Shown here: positions 1 to 9,600 of the stretch, piece by piece | Layout of the letters: the number at the start of each line of letters is the position of its first letter | How positions within the stretch are numbered: position 1 is the first letter of the stretch | Virus record (IMG/VR): IMGVR_UViG_3300046660_000488 | Coordinates: 496,001-560,000 of that record | Reading direction: 5' to 3' (one strand) | Length of the DNA: 64,000 nt | Notes under the pieces: model-generated | What the model saw: only the letters and a program-made list of their open reading frames with translations | Databases searched by the model: none | What the model was told of the DNA's origin: nothing | Made by a program: the position numbers and the translations under genes

Positions 1-75
1 TTCATAACACTATTCGTTTGACCTGTGCTTGCATCTGTGCTTGTCTACGGTCGGACTAACAGTCGGAGGCCCGAG

Positions 76-540
76 TTGGAACGTTTTCAAGTGATCGAGC
101 AGGAGCAAATCTCGTACGTCGTTGGCGGCTTTCGCTACGGCAACAAGATGCGCGTGCTCGCTCGCAGCAACGATTACCTGCTCGTCTGGATTCCCGGCAA
201 CACAAGCTGCGTCTACCGGACGTGGTCGTATCAATCGGCTGTGCTGATGGTGATGCGGCGCGATCAACACGTCTCCAGCGGAGGCGTGGTCATCTGCGAA
301 AAGCAATCGCTGAACGCTGACATGTTCGCCCAGTACGCGGTGGTCATCAACAGCATCTTCGGTGCCGGTTTCAACGAAACGCTCGCCGTGGGCAAGACCA
401 TCGTGGTCGGCGATCAGCCGATAGCGAAGGCGAACCCGAAGACGCCGTTCGGGTTCGCTCGCGATGAAGAGATCAAGAAAATGCGCGCCCAGATCGTCGA
501 GGAATTGGAGATCGAGGTCTCCTACATCCTCGCCGCCTAA
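76..540 (+). CDS. hypothetical phage protein
   Basis: ORF 25..540; GGAGG SD at 64-68 before in-frame TTG at 76; typical codon usage. Confidence 0.6.
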   Translation: MERFQVIEQEQISYVVGGFRYGNKMRVLARSNDYLLVWIPGNTSCVYRTWSYQSAVLMVMRRDQHVSSGGVVICEKQSLNADMFAQYAVVINSIFGAGFNETLAVGKTIVVGDQPIAKANPKTPFGFARDEEIKKMRAQIVEELEIEVSYILAA

Positions 541-1358
541 GCGGCGAACGGCATCCCCGGAACCGAGGGATCGCACATACCGAACACCGTCAGCAGCTTC
601 ATGTTGTGAGACACGTGCCGGAACGAATGTGACCAGTTGACGATCTCAGTTCGCGTCACGCGCTCACCCGGCGCTGGGCGATGCTTGGCCGGAATCTTGG
701 CAAGCTCTTCCGGCGACATCGAGCGCGTGGTGACCTGCCGCTGAGCGAACGTGCCGAAGCGGAACGCGGGCGGCAGATCATCGAACGGCTGACCGGCGTC
801 GTTCAACATCCCGATCATCGTGGCCTGACCCTTGCCCTGAAGCTGCTTGTGGCCAAACTCCGCGTGCGCGGCCATGCTGACGGCGTTCTTCGTCGCGTCC
901 ATCGTCCGCCACAGCAACATGTTCACCGCTTCCGTCTTGTTCGGAAGCTGGATCACGCGGGCGTCGAACGCTGGAAGACGATCCTCGTACGGCTTCCAGC
1001 CACGAACGGCCTGAGCCATCTTGGCGGACGCCATCGACGCCAGCACGCTGGTCATCTTTGCGATCTTGCCATCGAAGAAAATCGACGAATCGTAGTTGTC
1101 GGAATTCCAGATCAGGCTGATCTCGTCGGACTGCACGTAGCCGATAGCGGCGTGCGTTTCCTTGACCAGATGGTTGGTGACCTCGACCATGGCGTCGGTC
1201 ATCCGTTGGTCGAACGGACGATCCATGCCACGGGTGAATTTGGAGAAGCCACGGCCATCAATGCGGGCATAGACGGGCAGGAGCGGCAGAAACCGGCGGC
1301 CGGTTTCCTGCGACTCGTAGACCTTCATGCGGTCGCCCAGTTCGTCTTTCGTCGTCAT
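537..1358 (-). CDS. tRNA-His guanylyltransferase (Thg1)-like 3'-5' nucleotidyltransferase
   Basis: Motifs RMKxYE, ARIDGRGFSKFT, YVQSDEISL, FDGKIAK, FDARV, WRxxDAxKN. Confidence 0.93.
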   Translation of the reverse strand: MTTKDELGDRMKVYESQETGRRFLPLLPVYARIDGRGFSKFTRGMDRPFDQRMTDAMVEVTNHLVKETHAAIGYVQSDEISLIWNSDNYDSSIFFDGKIAKMTSVLASMASAKMAQAVRGWKPYEDRLPAFDARVIQLPNKTEAVNMLLWRTMDATKNAVSMAAHAEFGHKQLQGKGQATMIGMLNDAGQPFDDLPPAFRFGTFAQRQVTTRSMSPEELAKIPAKHRPAPGERVTRTEIVNWSHSFRHVSHNMKLLTVFGMCDPSVPGMPFAA

Positions 1359-1408
1359 TTTCGTTTACCAAGTTTGGGAGCGCCGTCTACGCAGCGCTCC
1401 CGTCATTG

Positions 1409-1753
1409 TCAAGCAGGTTCGACTTCAGCCCACGACTTGCGGCCGGACAGGACAGTCAGGGCGCCGTCCTTGAAACGATAGCCCCACGACTGGCCACGGT
1501 TGTCGCCTTGGTTGCTGGAGAAACACACGTCGCCGTTCAGCTTGTGGCTCAACGCGAATTCGAGGATGTCGTCGCGCTCCATGTAGTCCATGTGCTCGTA
1601 GTGATCGTCGTTGAAATAGAACTCGAACGTGCCGTCATCGTTCTCGCACAGCGTGATGTCGTCGTTTTCGAAGTCTTCGTTGGCGTTGAATTCGGCTGCG
1701 GCTTCAGCCGGGATCACGACGGTGTTCTTTTCGAGATTGATCGACCAACCCAT
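1409..1753 (-). CDS. hypothetical acidic protein
   Basis: Clean ORF in minus-strand run, AAGGA SD. Confidence 0.65.
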   Translation of the reverse strand: MGWSINLEKNTVVIPAEAAAEFNANEDFENDDITLCENDDGTFEFYFNDDHYEHMDYMERDDILEFALSHKLNGDVCFSSNQGDNRGQSWGYRFKDGALTVLSGRKSWAEVEPA

Positions 1754-1758
1754 GTTGG

Positions 1759-2187
1759 CTATTCCTTTTCTTCAGTTGGGAGGAAATCCACGACGTCCAA
1801 GCTAACTTTGCTTCGCTTCGGGGACAGGTATGCTTGGGAGAACGCGATGTCGGTCACAATCATGTGCTCACTGACCATGCCGCTCAGGCACAGATGCAGA
1901 TCGAACTTGCACTGGCAGTCGAGCAGCGTCTGGGCGATTTCACCGCTGGGCGTCGGGAGGAGCTTGTAGTCCAGCATAATGTGCCCATCTTCGATGAAGC
2001 ACTCAGTGACCAGACCAGCGACACGATCCAGAGAGACGGTCATGTCGTACGGTGCGTCGAGCGACACGAAGCATTTCTTGTCGTCGATCAGCCGATTGAT
2101 AGTTCCGACGAGCTTGTCGATCTCGCTTTCCGGATACACACGCCCGGAAGGTGCCTTGCCGAAATTGAGTGCTGATTGAGCGGCCAC
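1759..2187 (-). CDS. T4 gp21-like prohead protease paralogue, probably inactive
   Basis: GRVYP, VSLDRV, KLLPTPSGEIA match the gp21 pattern; the His (ELGHP) and Ser (VSSRG) motifs appear replaced. Confidence 0.6.
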   Translation of the reverse strand: MAAQSALNFGKAPSGRVYPESEIDKLVGTINRLIDDKKCFVSLDAPYDMTVSLDRVAGLVTECFIEDGHIMLDYKLLPTPSGEIAQTLLDCQCKFDLHLCLSGMVSEHMIVTDIAFSQAYLSPKRSKVSLDVVDFLPTEEKE

Positions 2188-2243
2188 GTGTTATCCCTTA
2201 CAATATGGTTTACCATATCGAGGGATGACAATTCCCGTCAAAA

Positions 2244-2453
2244 TTAAAGGCGACGGTTCCGGGTCTGGACGAGAACAGCTTGCTTGACGATGACGGCCAG
2301 TTGGAACGGCGTGCTCGGCCGCCGCTGCATCACCAGCAGCGTGGCGTAGTCGAGGATTTCCAGCATCAGAGCGTCGTCGATGGCGTGGCCGATCTCTTTC
2401 TCGACCATCTGCTCCATCATCATTCGGACTTGCGGTAGATTGGGCTGGATCAT
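2244..2453 (-). CDS. hypothetical protein, late-promoter driven
   Basis: TAAATA (minus, 2458-2463) 4 nt before ATG 2453. Confidence 0.55.
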   Translation of the reverse strand: MIQPNLPQVRMMMEQMVEKEIGHAIDDALMLEILDYATLLVMQRRPSTPFQLAVIVKQAVLVQTRNRRL

Positions 2454-2526
2454 GAAGTATTTAGTGGCTTGACGAAGCACAGAATCTGTCTATACTACGT
2501 TCAACTTCATCAACACGGAGCGCCCC

Positions 2527-2745
2527 ATGTCCAAGCCGATCTATGCCCTGTTCTACGAAGTGGAATTCGGTGAGAAGCGTTGGATTCTGTGCGCGCCCAA
2601 TTCGTCGCCGACCGGCCGCTACGACACGCGCGCTCTGGCCGAAGCCAGCGCCCGCCGCTCGGGCCTGAAGGTCGAACGTCGCCCGGACTTCGACCGCGAT
2701 CTGATGAAGAACGTCGGCTTCATGGCCCGTCGCCCGGCGTACTAA
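2527..2745 (+). CDS. hypothetical protein
   Basis: GGAG SD; TTGACG...TATACT promoter at about 2469-2496. Confidence 0.65.
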   Translation: MSKPIYALFYEVEFGEKRWILCAPNSSPTGRYDTRALAEASARRSGLKVERRPDFDRDLMKNVGFMARRPAY

Positions 2746-2747
2746 AC

Positions 2748-3341
2748 ATGAATCTCAACTGGATCGAGAACCGTCACCGCATGCAGGCGGACGGCGCGCT
2801 GGGAAAGTGGAGCTACCGCACCGGCCGTGGTTCGGTGACGTTCCTGCCCAAGACCGAAAAGCCGTGGTCCGTCATGTGGGTCAAGATGGAGGACGGTCCC
2901 GAGAAGGATTTGTTCGGCGAACGCCACCGCGAGCACGAAATCGCCTCCTGCCACCCGAAACTCGTCGAGCAGATGGTCGAAGCGTTCGAGACCCCGAACC
3001 CGGCCGTCAACGTCGCGGGTGGTGATCCGGCCGACATCCTGCTGACCAAGCTGAAATTCGATTTCGCCATGACGGGCGGTGGTCGCCAGTACAGCGTCAA
3101 GTCGGGAAAGCATTATGTCAGCGTCCTGCTGACCAACACCTTCCTAGCCGTGCGCGTGGACAAGCGCGGAAACTGGGTCAACATGCTCCGGGTCATGACG
3201 GCATGGGACGGCACGGACGACTTGATCCCGCTGCACTGGCCCGACAATGTCGCCAATCCCATCGCTGTCGCGTGCCAGTTCGTCGTGGACGTCATGATCG
3301 ACGCCATCGCAGCCGAAACCAAGTGGGAAGAACCGCGCTGA
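2748..3341 (+). CDS. hypothetical protein
   Basis: ATG 2748 just after upstream stop; coupled to next gene. Confidence 0.65.
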   Translation: MNLNWIENRHRMQADGALGKWSYRTGRGSVTFLPKTEKPWSVMWVKMEDGPEKDLFGERHREHEIASCHPKLVEQMVEAFETPNPAVNVAGGDPADILLTKLKFDFAMTGGGRQYSVKSGKHYVSVLLTNTFLAVRVDKRGNWVNMLRVMTAWDGTDDLIPLHWPDNVANPIAVACQFVVDVMIDAIAAETKWEEPR

Positions 3342-3868
3342 TGGTCTGGAAGAACCCACTGCCGCTGAAGCTGATCGTCACCAACGACAGCCTGTCGTTC
3401 TTGGGCATGCCCGAGGGCTCGACCGGCCTGCCGATCCTTCCGCACCCCGGCGCCTTCGGCTTCGTCCGCAAGCACCACATCCACGAGGGCGTGGACCTCT
3501 ACGCGCCGGAGGGGACGCCGGTCACCGCCGTGGAGAAAGGCGTCGTCGTCGGAGTCATGCCGTTCACCGGCGAGCACGCCGGTTATCCCAACTGGGAGAA
3601 CACGTGGTGCGTTCTGGTCGAAGGGAAGACCGGCGTCGTCGTCTACGGCGAGATCGACCCGTCCGTCCATTTCGGTGATGAAGTGCGCGCGGGCGATCTG
3701 ATCGGCACGATCATGCGCGTCCTGAAAAACGACAAGGGACGTCCCATGTCGATGCTGCACCTTGAGCTTTATGTTCGAGGCACGCGGGACGTGGTGGAGT
3801 GGACCGGTCTTCCGCAAGACCCGTCGCACCTTGACCCGACGCCGCATCTGCGGAAAATCGCCGAATGA
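3341..3868 (+). CDS. M23 family metallopeptidase
   Basis: HEGVDL (HxxxD), GTPVTA, LHLE motifs. Confidence 0.8.
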   Translation: MVWKNPLPLKLIVTNDSLSFLGMPEGSTGLPILPHPGAFGFVRKHHIHEGVDLYAPEGTPVTAVEKGVVVGVMPFTGEHAGYPNWENTWCVLVEGKTGVVVYGEIDPSVHFGDEVRAGDLIGTIMRVLKNDKGRPMSMLHLELYVRGTRDVVEWTGLPQDPSHLDPTPHLRKIAE

Positions 3869-4332
3869 TTTGGCTCCTAACGATCTATCTCGTGGCCTAC
3901 GCCAGCGTTGTGCTCCATGAACTGGGCCACGCGACGGCGGGCGTGATCTCCAAACGACCCATCGCCAGCTTTAACATCGGCAAGGGTCCGGGCCTTCGGT
4001 TCACGATCAGCAAGACCAAGGTCTATCTGGGCCTTGTTCCCGATGGTGGGAATGTGACCTACTACCGGTCGGTGGACTGGCGGAAGACGATCCTGATCTT
4101 GGCCGCTGGTCCGTCCATCAACGCGGCGATTTTCTTTGTGGCCACCCTGATGCTGATCACCGACACGTCCAGCCGGTTGCTGTGGATCATCGTGTGCATC
4201 AACATTCTGGCGACCGTCGTGAATTTCTCTTCGGCCATCAAGGGATCGGACGGCTGGAACATCAAGCAAACGATGGCCCGACGCGACGCGCGCGAGAAAG
4301 ACTATCAGGATTACCTCGCACGCAATCCCTAA
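3865..4332 (+). CDS. M50 (site-2 protease-like) membrane metallopeptidase
   Basis: HELGH, AAGPSIN, SDG motifs; hydrophobic helices. Confidence 0.75.
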   Translation: MIWLLTIYLVAYASVVLHELGHATAGVISKRPIASFNIGKGPGLRFTISKTKVYLGLVPDGGNVTYYRSVDWRKTILILAAGPSINAAIFFVATLMLITDTSSRLLWIIVCINILATVVNFSSAIKGSDGWNIKQTMARRDAREKDYQDYLARNP

Positions 4333-4339
4333 ATACGGG

Positions 4340-5059
4340 ATGCGTCTCCATGAACTCGAAGAGCCAGACTACGACATCCAAGCGCGGTACGATCATTTCA
4401 ACCGCATGCTGTTCAACAGCGTGTTGCCGAAGGTCAAGTGCATCTGGAACCGGCGTCTGAAGGCTGGTGGTCGGGTCTGGGCCGAATTGATTCCAGACCC
4501 CTACCGTCGTGGTCACCAGATCGCCGATATGAAGACGTGCACGCTGTCGCTATCGCCGCGCTACAGCCGAGACGCGCGCGGGTTTGACCAGATGCTGCTG
4601 CACGAAATGATCCACGTCTATTTCTTCGACAAGGGCGACACCAACCATGGCCACGGCGTCGCCTTCGAGAGAATGCGCGAGCGGCTGTCCACGATGGTCG
4701 GGTTCGAAATCCCCCGCCGGGATGACACCGAAGGGCTGGCGCTGGCCAACGACAAAATCAAGCCGGTCTTGGTTCTGATCGCCGATGAAAAAGGTGTGCC
4801 GACGCTCTGCACGGTTCTGGCCAGTAGCATGCTGGCCAAGGCCGATGAAATCGAGACGCACTACACCAAGATCATGCCCCGGACGCCGTACACGCGCATT
4901 CGCTTGCTGATCATGTCCACGACCGCGTGGACCAAGGTCTCCGGACAGTCGCCCAACTTCCGCTCGCTGGGCAAGTACCTGCCGCTTCGCGTCGTCGATC
5001 CGCAGGCGACGGCTGACCTCGCCAATCCAGAGAAGGTCATCTTCGACCTTCAAAAATGA
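4340..5059 (+). CDS. SprT-like zinc metalloprotease
   Basis: FN..LF, LLHEMIH, HGVAF; TAAATA 4330-4335 directly upstream. Confidence 0.8.
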   Translation: MRLHELEEPDYDIQARYDHFNRMLFNSVLPKVKCIWNRRLKAGGRVWAELIPDPYRRGHQIADMKTCTLSLSPRYSRDARGFDQMLLHEMIHVYFFDKGDTNHGHGVAFERMRERLSTMVGFEIPRRDDTEGLALANDKIKPVLVLIADEKGVPTLCTVLASSMLAKADEIETHYTKIMPRTPYTRIRLLIMSTTAWTKVSGQSPNFRSLGKYLPLRVVDPQATADLANPEKVIFDLQK

Positions 5060-5219
5060 GTTGCAGCCGGAATCCCGATTCTCCACCGGCTCTGTCCGCG
5101 TCTGACCCTTCCGGGGACAGTCGCCCTTCCGCCTAAGCGGGATGGGGTTCACTCGCGGCCGTGCAATTTGTGTATCGTATCTTAGTGCCCCTTGCGGGGA
5201 TCGCCACACCATGCAACTC
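5058..5219 (-). ncRNA. candidate stand-alone structured ncRNA (about 162 nt)
   Basis: Minus TTGACA(5254-5249)-N16-CATATT promoter starts at an 8-bp terminal helix GAGTTGCA/TGCAACTC; four internal hairpins; U-tract after 3' end. Confidence 0.55.
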
Positions 5220-5345
5220 GTTGACCAATATGGGGCGCCACGTTCAGGTGTCAAGCCCGGCTTGACTACTTGAAATCTGTGCTTGCAATACTTCAAAACT
5301 GTGCTATGTATCCACCCTCGATGTTTCTACGGAAAGGGTGTGACG

Positions 5346-5675
5346 ATGAGCCAGACGATCTTTGTTGTAATTGGCGAATACCAGTACGACGAGACGTCGG
5401 ACCATTGGAACGTCTGGTCGTTCACCGACCACATGAAGGCGCTGTCCTACGCCCAAGAATGCCAGCAGCGGCTGGCCGAGTACGGCCCCAAGGCACACGC
5501 CTTCCTCCACCAGTGGTCCAAAGATCACCCCGACGCGCCGTATCAGGAAATGAACACGATGCGCGACAGGGCTGAGAAGCAACTGCGCGCCCGTGTCGGC
5601 GACCGTGGCCTCAGCTACTACTGCCCGGACTTTAGCCTTGTCGAGTACAAGGTCGAACCCCTGAAACTCGGCTGA
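5346..5675 (+). CDS. hypothetical protein
   Basis: ATG 5346 downstream of TTGCAA/TGCTATGT promoter. Confidence 0.6.
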   Translation: MSQTIFVVIGEYQYDETSDHWNVWSFTDHMKALSYAQECQQRLAEYGPKAHAFLHQWSKDHPDAPYQEMNTMRDRAEKQLRARVGDRGLSYYCPDFSLVEYKVEPLKLG

Positions 5676-5685
5676 GGGAGACGCA

Positions 5686-5901
5686 ATGGCTGTCCACGAT
5701 CCCGAAAACCCGTTCGCCACTCCGCAGCACGAACGTCTCTACGTCGTGCGCTGTGCGTGTGAAGGAAATCCTGACTGGGATGTCACGATTCCTCTCGGCG
5801 AAGAATGGGCGCGCAAGCATCTGACGTCCAGTCGGGAGCGAAACAACGATCCGAGGTTTCGATACTACCTCGCGAAAATCATCTACGAAGTAATCGAGTA
5901 A
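5686..5901 (+). CDS. hypothetical protein
   Basis: GGGAG SD. Confidence 0.55.
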   Translation: MAVHDPENPFATPQHERLYVVRCACEGNPDWDVTIPLGEEWARKHLTSSRERNNDPRFRYYLAKIIYEVIE

Positions 5902-5981
5902 AATCGTAGCACAGTGGGTTGACACTGTGCTTCATCGCAGGTATAAGACTCCCACATTCGCTGATGAGGAGACGTTTTCGC

Positions 5982-6542
5982 ATGGCCCGTTTCAAGCAAA
6001 CCCGCGCTGACTACATCGCCCGCCTGCCGGAAGGCGCTGTCAAGCACGTCGAGGGTGGCGCTGAATGGTACACCTACGACGACGGCCACTTCAACGTCAT
6101 GTTCTTCCAGTCGCCCCGGATGGTGAAGCCGTCCAAATGGCTCCGTTGCCCGACCGCCGAGCGTCGTGACAGCCAGATCAAGCTGATGCTGGGCCAGATC
6201 GCCGACGCCGCCGACCGCAAGGAAAAGTATCGCCAAGAGGCGATGGCTGAGCGCGGCACGTTCGCCGAAGGCGAAATCCTCTACACCTCGTGGGGCTGGG
6301 AACAGACCAACATCGACTTCTACCAAGTCGTCCGCGTCACCGGTGCGTCCATCGTCGTTCGCGAACTGGCCAAGAACAGCGTCGAGACGATGTCGATGCA
6401 GGGCCGCTGCACGGCCAAGAAGGACGAGTTCGTCGGCCCCGAAATCATGCTCCGCATCGGGACCTATGGCCCAAAGATCGAAGGCCGCTATAACCTCTAC
6501 AAGTGGGACGGCCGCGAGCTTAACTGGACGGCATACGCCTAA
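5982..6542 (+). CDS. hypothetical phage protein (SWGxEQTNIDFYQV motif)
   Basis: GAGGAG SD; TTGACA...TATAAG promoter. Confidence 0.7.
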   Translation: MARFKQTRADYIARLPEGAVKHVEGGAEWYTYDDGHFNVMFFQSPRMVKPSKWLRCPTAERRDSQIKLMLGQIADAADRKEKYRQEAMAERGTFAEGEILYTSWGWEQTNIDFYQVVRVTGASIVVRELAKNSVETMSMQGRCTAKKDEFVGPEIMLRIGTYGPKIEGRYNLYKWDGRELNWTAYA

Positions 6543-6551
6543 GAGGACGCC

Positions 6552-6929
6552 ATGCTGAACATCGACTTCCAAAACCGCCAGCCGGGTGACATCGAGCAGC
6601 AGATTCGTCTGCTGCTCGAATCCGACGAGGCCGTGCTGCGGATCGACAACTGCATCCGTGGCCATGGGATCGGCGGCGAGATCGGTGTCATCGCCAGCAA
6701 GATCGGCGTCCACTGGATGAGCATCGGCTGTCTCGATGAGACCGGCACGTTCGCCAAGAACCTCCCGTCGATCATGGCCGAGTACAAGGCCAAGAAAAAC
6801 GAGACGCTGATCATCTTCACCGGTGGAGCCAACCAGCGGTTTGAAGACCGCGCTTTTTGGCTCGGAGCCGCGCGGCGCTATGCCGCCCAAGGCTACCGCA
6901 TCATCATCACCAGCTACATCGGGGAGTAA
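6552..6929 (+). CDS. hypothetical protein
   Basis: GAGGA SD; operon context. Confidence 0.6.
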   Translation: MLNIDFQNRQPGDIEQQIRLLLESDEAVLRIDNCIRGHGIGGEIGVIASKIGVHWMSIGCLDETGTFAKNLPSIMAEYKAKKNETLIIFTGGANQRFEDRAFWLGAARRYAAQGYRIIITSYIGE

Positions 6930-6935
6930 CGGCAC

Positions 6936-7328
6936 ATGAAATTCGACTTCAACAAGCGAGTGAACGCCACGGCCCTGCGGGAGGCTATCGTGCTGATGCA
7001 CGTCGGTGCCACGACCAACGAGCGGATCATCGAGATCGTCGGCGTGTTGGAAACCGACCAAATCCTGAACCACATCCAGATGCGGGAAATCCCGGTCCGC
7101 CGGTTCAATCTCGCGGCGTTCGCCACGCAATCGACGGCGTCCGCCGAGAAAGAGATCACGCGCGAGACCAAGGGTCAGATGGGCAAAGCCGTCTTCGTCT
7201 TCGACGGCATGGGCAACTGCCCCGAGGAACGCCAAGCCGCCTACCAGCGCTGCTTGGACGCCGCGTTGAGCGAAGGCCACAAGGCGGTGACCATCACCTA
7301 CGAAGATGAAGTCGTCGGGGCGGCGTGA
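6936..7328 (+). CDS. hypothetical protein
   Basis: GGGAG SD; operon context. Confidence 0.6.
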   Translation: MKFDFNKRVNATALREAIVLMHVGATTNERIIEIVGVLETDQILNHIQMREIPVRRFNLAAFATQSTASAEKEITRETKGQMGKAVFVFDGMGNCPEERQAAYQRCLDAALSEGHKAVTITYEDEVVGAA

Positions 7329-7684
7329 CCCTAGAAGACCTTCTCGCCTCGTGGCAGACCAGCGCGTGGCTGACATACGAGCGCCGGTTCAAAGTCTACG
7401 TCCGCAAGAGCCGCCGATACATCGACGGCAAGATGTACCCGGCGCTCGACATCGGCAACATGAGCGTTCCGGAGAAGCATCACCGCAAGGGGTACTTCAC
7501 CCGCTTCCTGACGCTTCTGGAGGCCACGGCGGACGAACGCGGTGACCTCGTCTACATCGAGAACATCCTAGAGCCGGGAATCGTCGGGTTTCTTGAACGT
7601 CGGGGCTATCACTACCTGACCAGCACCGATCCCCGCATCCCTTGCTATTACAGATGGCCCAAAGAAAAAGCCCCGGTCGAGTGA
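7325..7684 (+). CDS. GNAT-like acetyltransferase-fold protein
   Basis: HHRKGYF (motif A-like), FLERRGY. Confidence 0.55.
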   Translation: MTLEDLLASWQTSAWLTYERRFKVYVRKSRRYIDGKMYPALDIGNMSVPEKHHRKGYFTRFLTLLEATADERGDLVYIENILEPGIVGFLERRGYHYLTSTDPRIPCYYRWPKEKAPVE

Positions 7685-7695
7685 CCGGGCTTTTG
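7665..7695. terminator. bidirectional intrinsic terminator
   Basis: aaaaagccccggtc-gagt-gaccgggctttt between convergent genes. Confidence 0.75.
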
Positions 7696-7717
7696 CATTT
7701 CATGGCTGGTGAGCAGC

Positions 7718-8443
7718 TTAGGCCGCTTCGTGCTCACGAACCGGCTGGGCGTGGGCGTGGATGGCGACCGGCTGCGACTTGGAGGCGGCTTCGCGTTTGG
7801 CGGCCTCGACCTCGTCCACGTTCGGGAACACGGTGTTGTGGTCGCGCTTGGCTTCCCAGACGGTCGTGGAGACCGACTGCTCAGGGATGCTCAGGCGGCG
7901 CGAGATCGTCTTGGGGCCGTAGCCGTAGGCGCGAAGCTCGATGATCCGGGCCTTGATCGCACGACGCTCTTCCATGCTCAGGGTGCGACGGTTGACCAGA
8001 CCACCCTTGGTCTTGTCGTCGCTCTCGGCCGCCTTGCGGGCCGCCTTAGCTTCGGCGAGGATGGCGTTGACGCGCTTGGTGTCGATGCCCTCGTCCTTGG
8101 CGATCTGGCTGGGCGTCTGGCCCTTCAGACGGCGCTCATCCACCCGCCCTTCGAGGCTTGTCGAGAGCAGCGGTTCGCCATTGAGCATTGGGACCTTGGC
8201 CTTGCTCTTGGCTTTCGCCTTGGGTGCGGTTTCCGGCGCGCCCAGCATCAGCGGCTCGGCGGCGGCCACGACCGGCTCAGGAGCCGCCACGGCGGCGACG
8301 GCGCTCAGGTTGGCGACCATCATCAGGTGGACCAGCATGCTGGCCCGTACGGGCTCTTGGAGCTTGTTGATGACGGCGACGAAGTCGGCGGCGTCCGGCG
8401 CGGTGATGAAGGTGGCCAGATCGGTGGGGTTCATCGTGTTCAT
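7718..8443 (-). CDS. putative DNA-binding protein with two HTH-like segments
   Basis: TPSQIAKDEGIDTKRVNAIL and GPKTISRRLSIPEQSVST. Confidence 0.6.
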   Translation of the reverse strand: MNTMNPTDLATFITAPDAADFVAVINKLQEPVRASMLVHLMMVANLSAVAAVAAPEPVVAAAEPLMLGAPETAPKAKAKSKAKVPMLNGEPLLSTSLEGRVDERRLKGQTPSQIAKDEGIDTKRVNAILAEAKAARKAAESDDKTKGGLVNRRTLSMEERRAIKARIIELRAYGYGPKTISRRLSIPEQSVSTTVWEAKRDHNTVFPNVDEVEAAKREAASKSQPVAIHAHAQPVREHEAA

Positions 8444-8445
8444 GG

Positions 8446-8793
8446 TCAGAAGCTCTTCTTGGACCACGTGCGCTCGATGCCGAGAGCCATGGCGACAGAC
8501 GTCAGGGTGTAGTTTTGGGGGCGCTTGACGGTTCCGAAGAGCCAGCCGTTGATGCAATACCGGGAGACCGGCCGTGCGATCTTGGCGGTGGCGGCTTCGA
8601 TCTGCTCCGGGTTCATGCCGCTGGAGTTGATGAAGCCGATGATCACGTCCATGTCCGGGTCCTTATCGACCCCACGATAGCCGTGCTTCTGGCCCACGGC
8701 CGGAATTTGGTTCACCCGAGGCTTTTTCACGCCGAGTGACGAGACGCGAACCAATGGTCCGCCTGACGATGGTTTAGGTGCTGTTGCTGACAT
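8446..8793 (-). CDS. putative XRE-like HTH regulator
   Basis: VSRYCINGWLFGTVKRPQNYTLTSVAMALG pattern. Confidence 0.55.
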   Translation of the reverse strand: MSATAPKPSSGGPLVRVSSLGVKKPRVNQIPAVGQKHGYRGVDKDPDMDVIIGFINSSGMNPEQIEAATAKIARPVSRYCINGWLFGTVKRPQNYTLTSVAMALGIERTWSKKSF

Positions 8794-8844
8794 GGTCCCA
8801 TTTCCCTTGAGATTCGATAGCAGTACCAGAAAAAACTGAGTTGT

Positions 8845-9600
8845 CTATTCCTCACCCAACTTTTTCAAATAGCCCGCATAGTGTGATGGTGAACAGAACA
8901 GTGCAGAGGCGTTCCGCTTCTTGTCGGTCAGGAAACGACCACAGCATTTGCAGTGTCCTCGTGCGGGTTTAGGAGCAGGAAGGGCCGCCAGTTGAGGCAC
9001 AGAGGCGATCTCTGCACGCAGCGAAACCCGCTCGGCTTCCTCAGCCTCTCCATCAGCTTCAGCGGCTCGCAGAACGACCCACTTGATGAATAGCTCGATT
9101 GGCAATTCGAGGAAGGATTGCTTGCTGACCCCGCCGACTTCAGCGACATAGTCGATGAACTCTTCAAGCAGGTCTGAGGCGTTGATGTAGCGATTGAACT
9201 CGCGGACGCGGTTCGCCTTGTAGACGATCTTCGCGTTCTCGTCCTTGAGGGTGTAGGAGCCGTCGATGTGGACTTGGATGACCGTCCCGTCCGGAAGTTC
9301 GATGACGGCCGCAGCGCCATCGGCGACCACGTGGTGACCACCGTGGATCGTCCGCTTGCTCGGGCCGCCGTCCACCACGTCGTTGTAGAACGCTTGGTGG
9401 TAAGGAACGGTGGCGAGAGAGCTTGTCCCACCGCCACCCCCACCGCCACCCCCACCGCCACCCACGATATTGATGTTATGACCATTCGAAATGATCATCG
9501 TGTTCTTTAGTGGACCCGCCGTTGAACCAGCCGACGTCCCGTGAACCACCCATTGGTTCATGAGAGTTGACGTCTGGTTGGTGACGTAGACCGTGCTCAC
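8845..9600 (-). CDS. hypothetical protein with poly-Gly tract and C-terminal Zn-finger-like motif
   Basis: G12 tract from a 12-nt repeat x3 (9428-9463); CKCC...FCS. Confidence 0.6.
   Translation of the reverse strand: MSTVYVTNQTSTLMNQWVVHGTSAGSTAGPLKNTMIISNGHNINIVGGGGGGGGGGGGTSSLATVPYHQAFYNDVVDGGPSKRTIHGGHHVVADGAAAVIELPDGTVIQVHIDGSYTLKDENAKIVYKANRVREFNRYINASDLLEEFIDYVAEVGGVSKQSFLELPIELFIKWVVLRAAEADGEAEEAERVSLRAEIASVPQLAALPAPKPARGHCKCCGRFLTDKKRNASALFCSPSHYAGYLKKLGEE

Noticed and set aside
5058-5219. 6S RNA
   Set aside because: The size fits, but the visible helices form a multibranch fold, not a rod with a central bubble.
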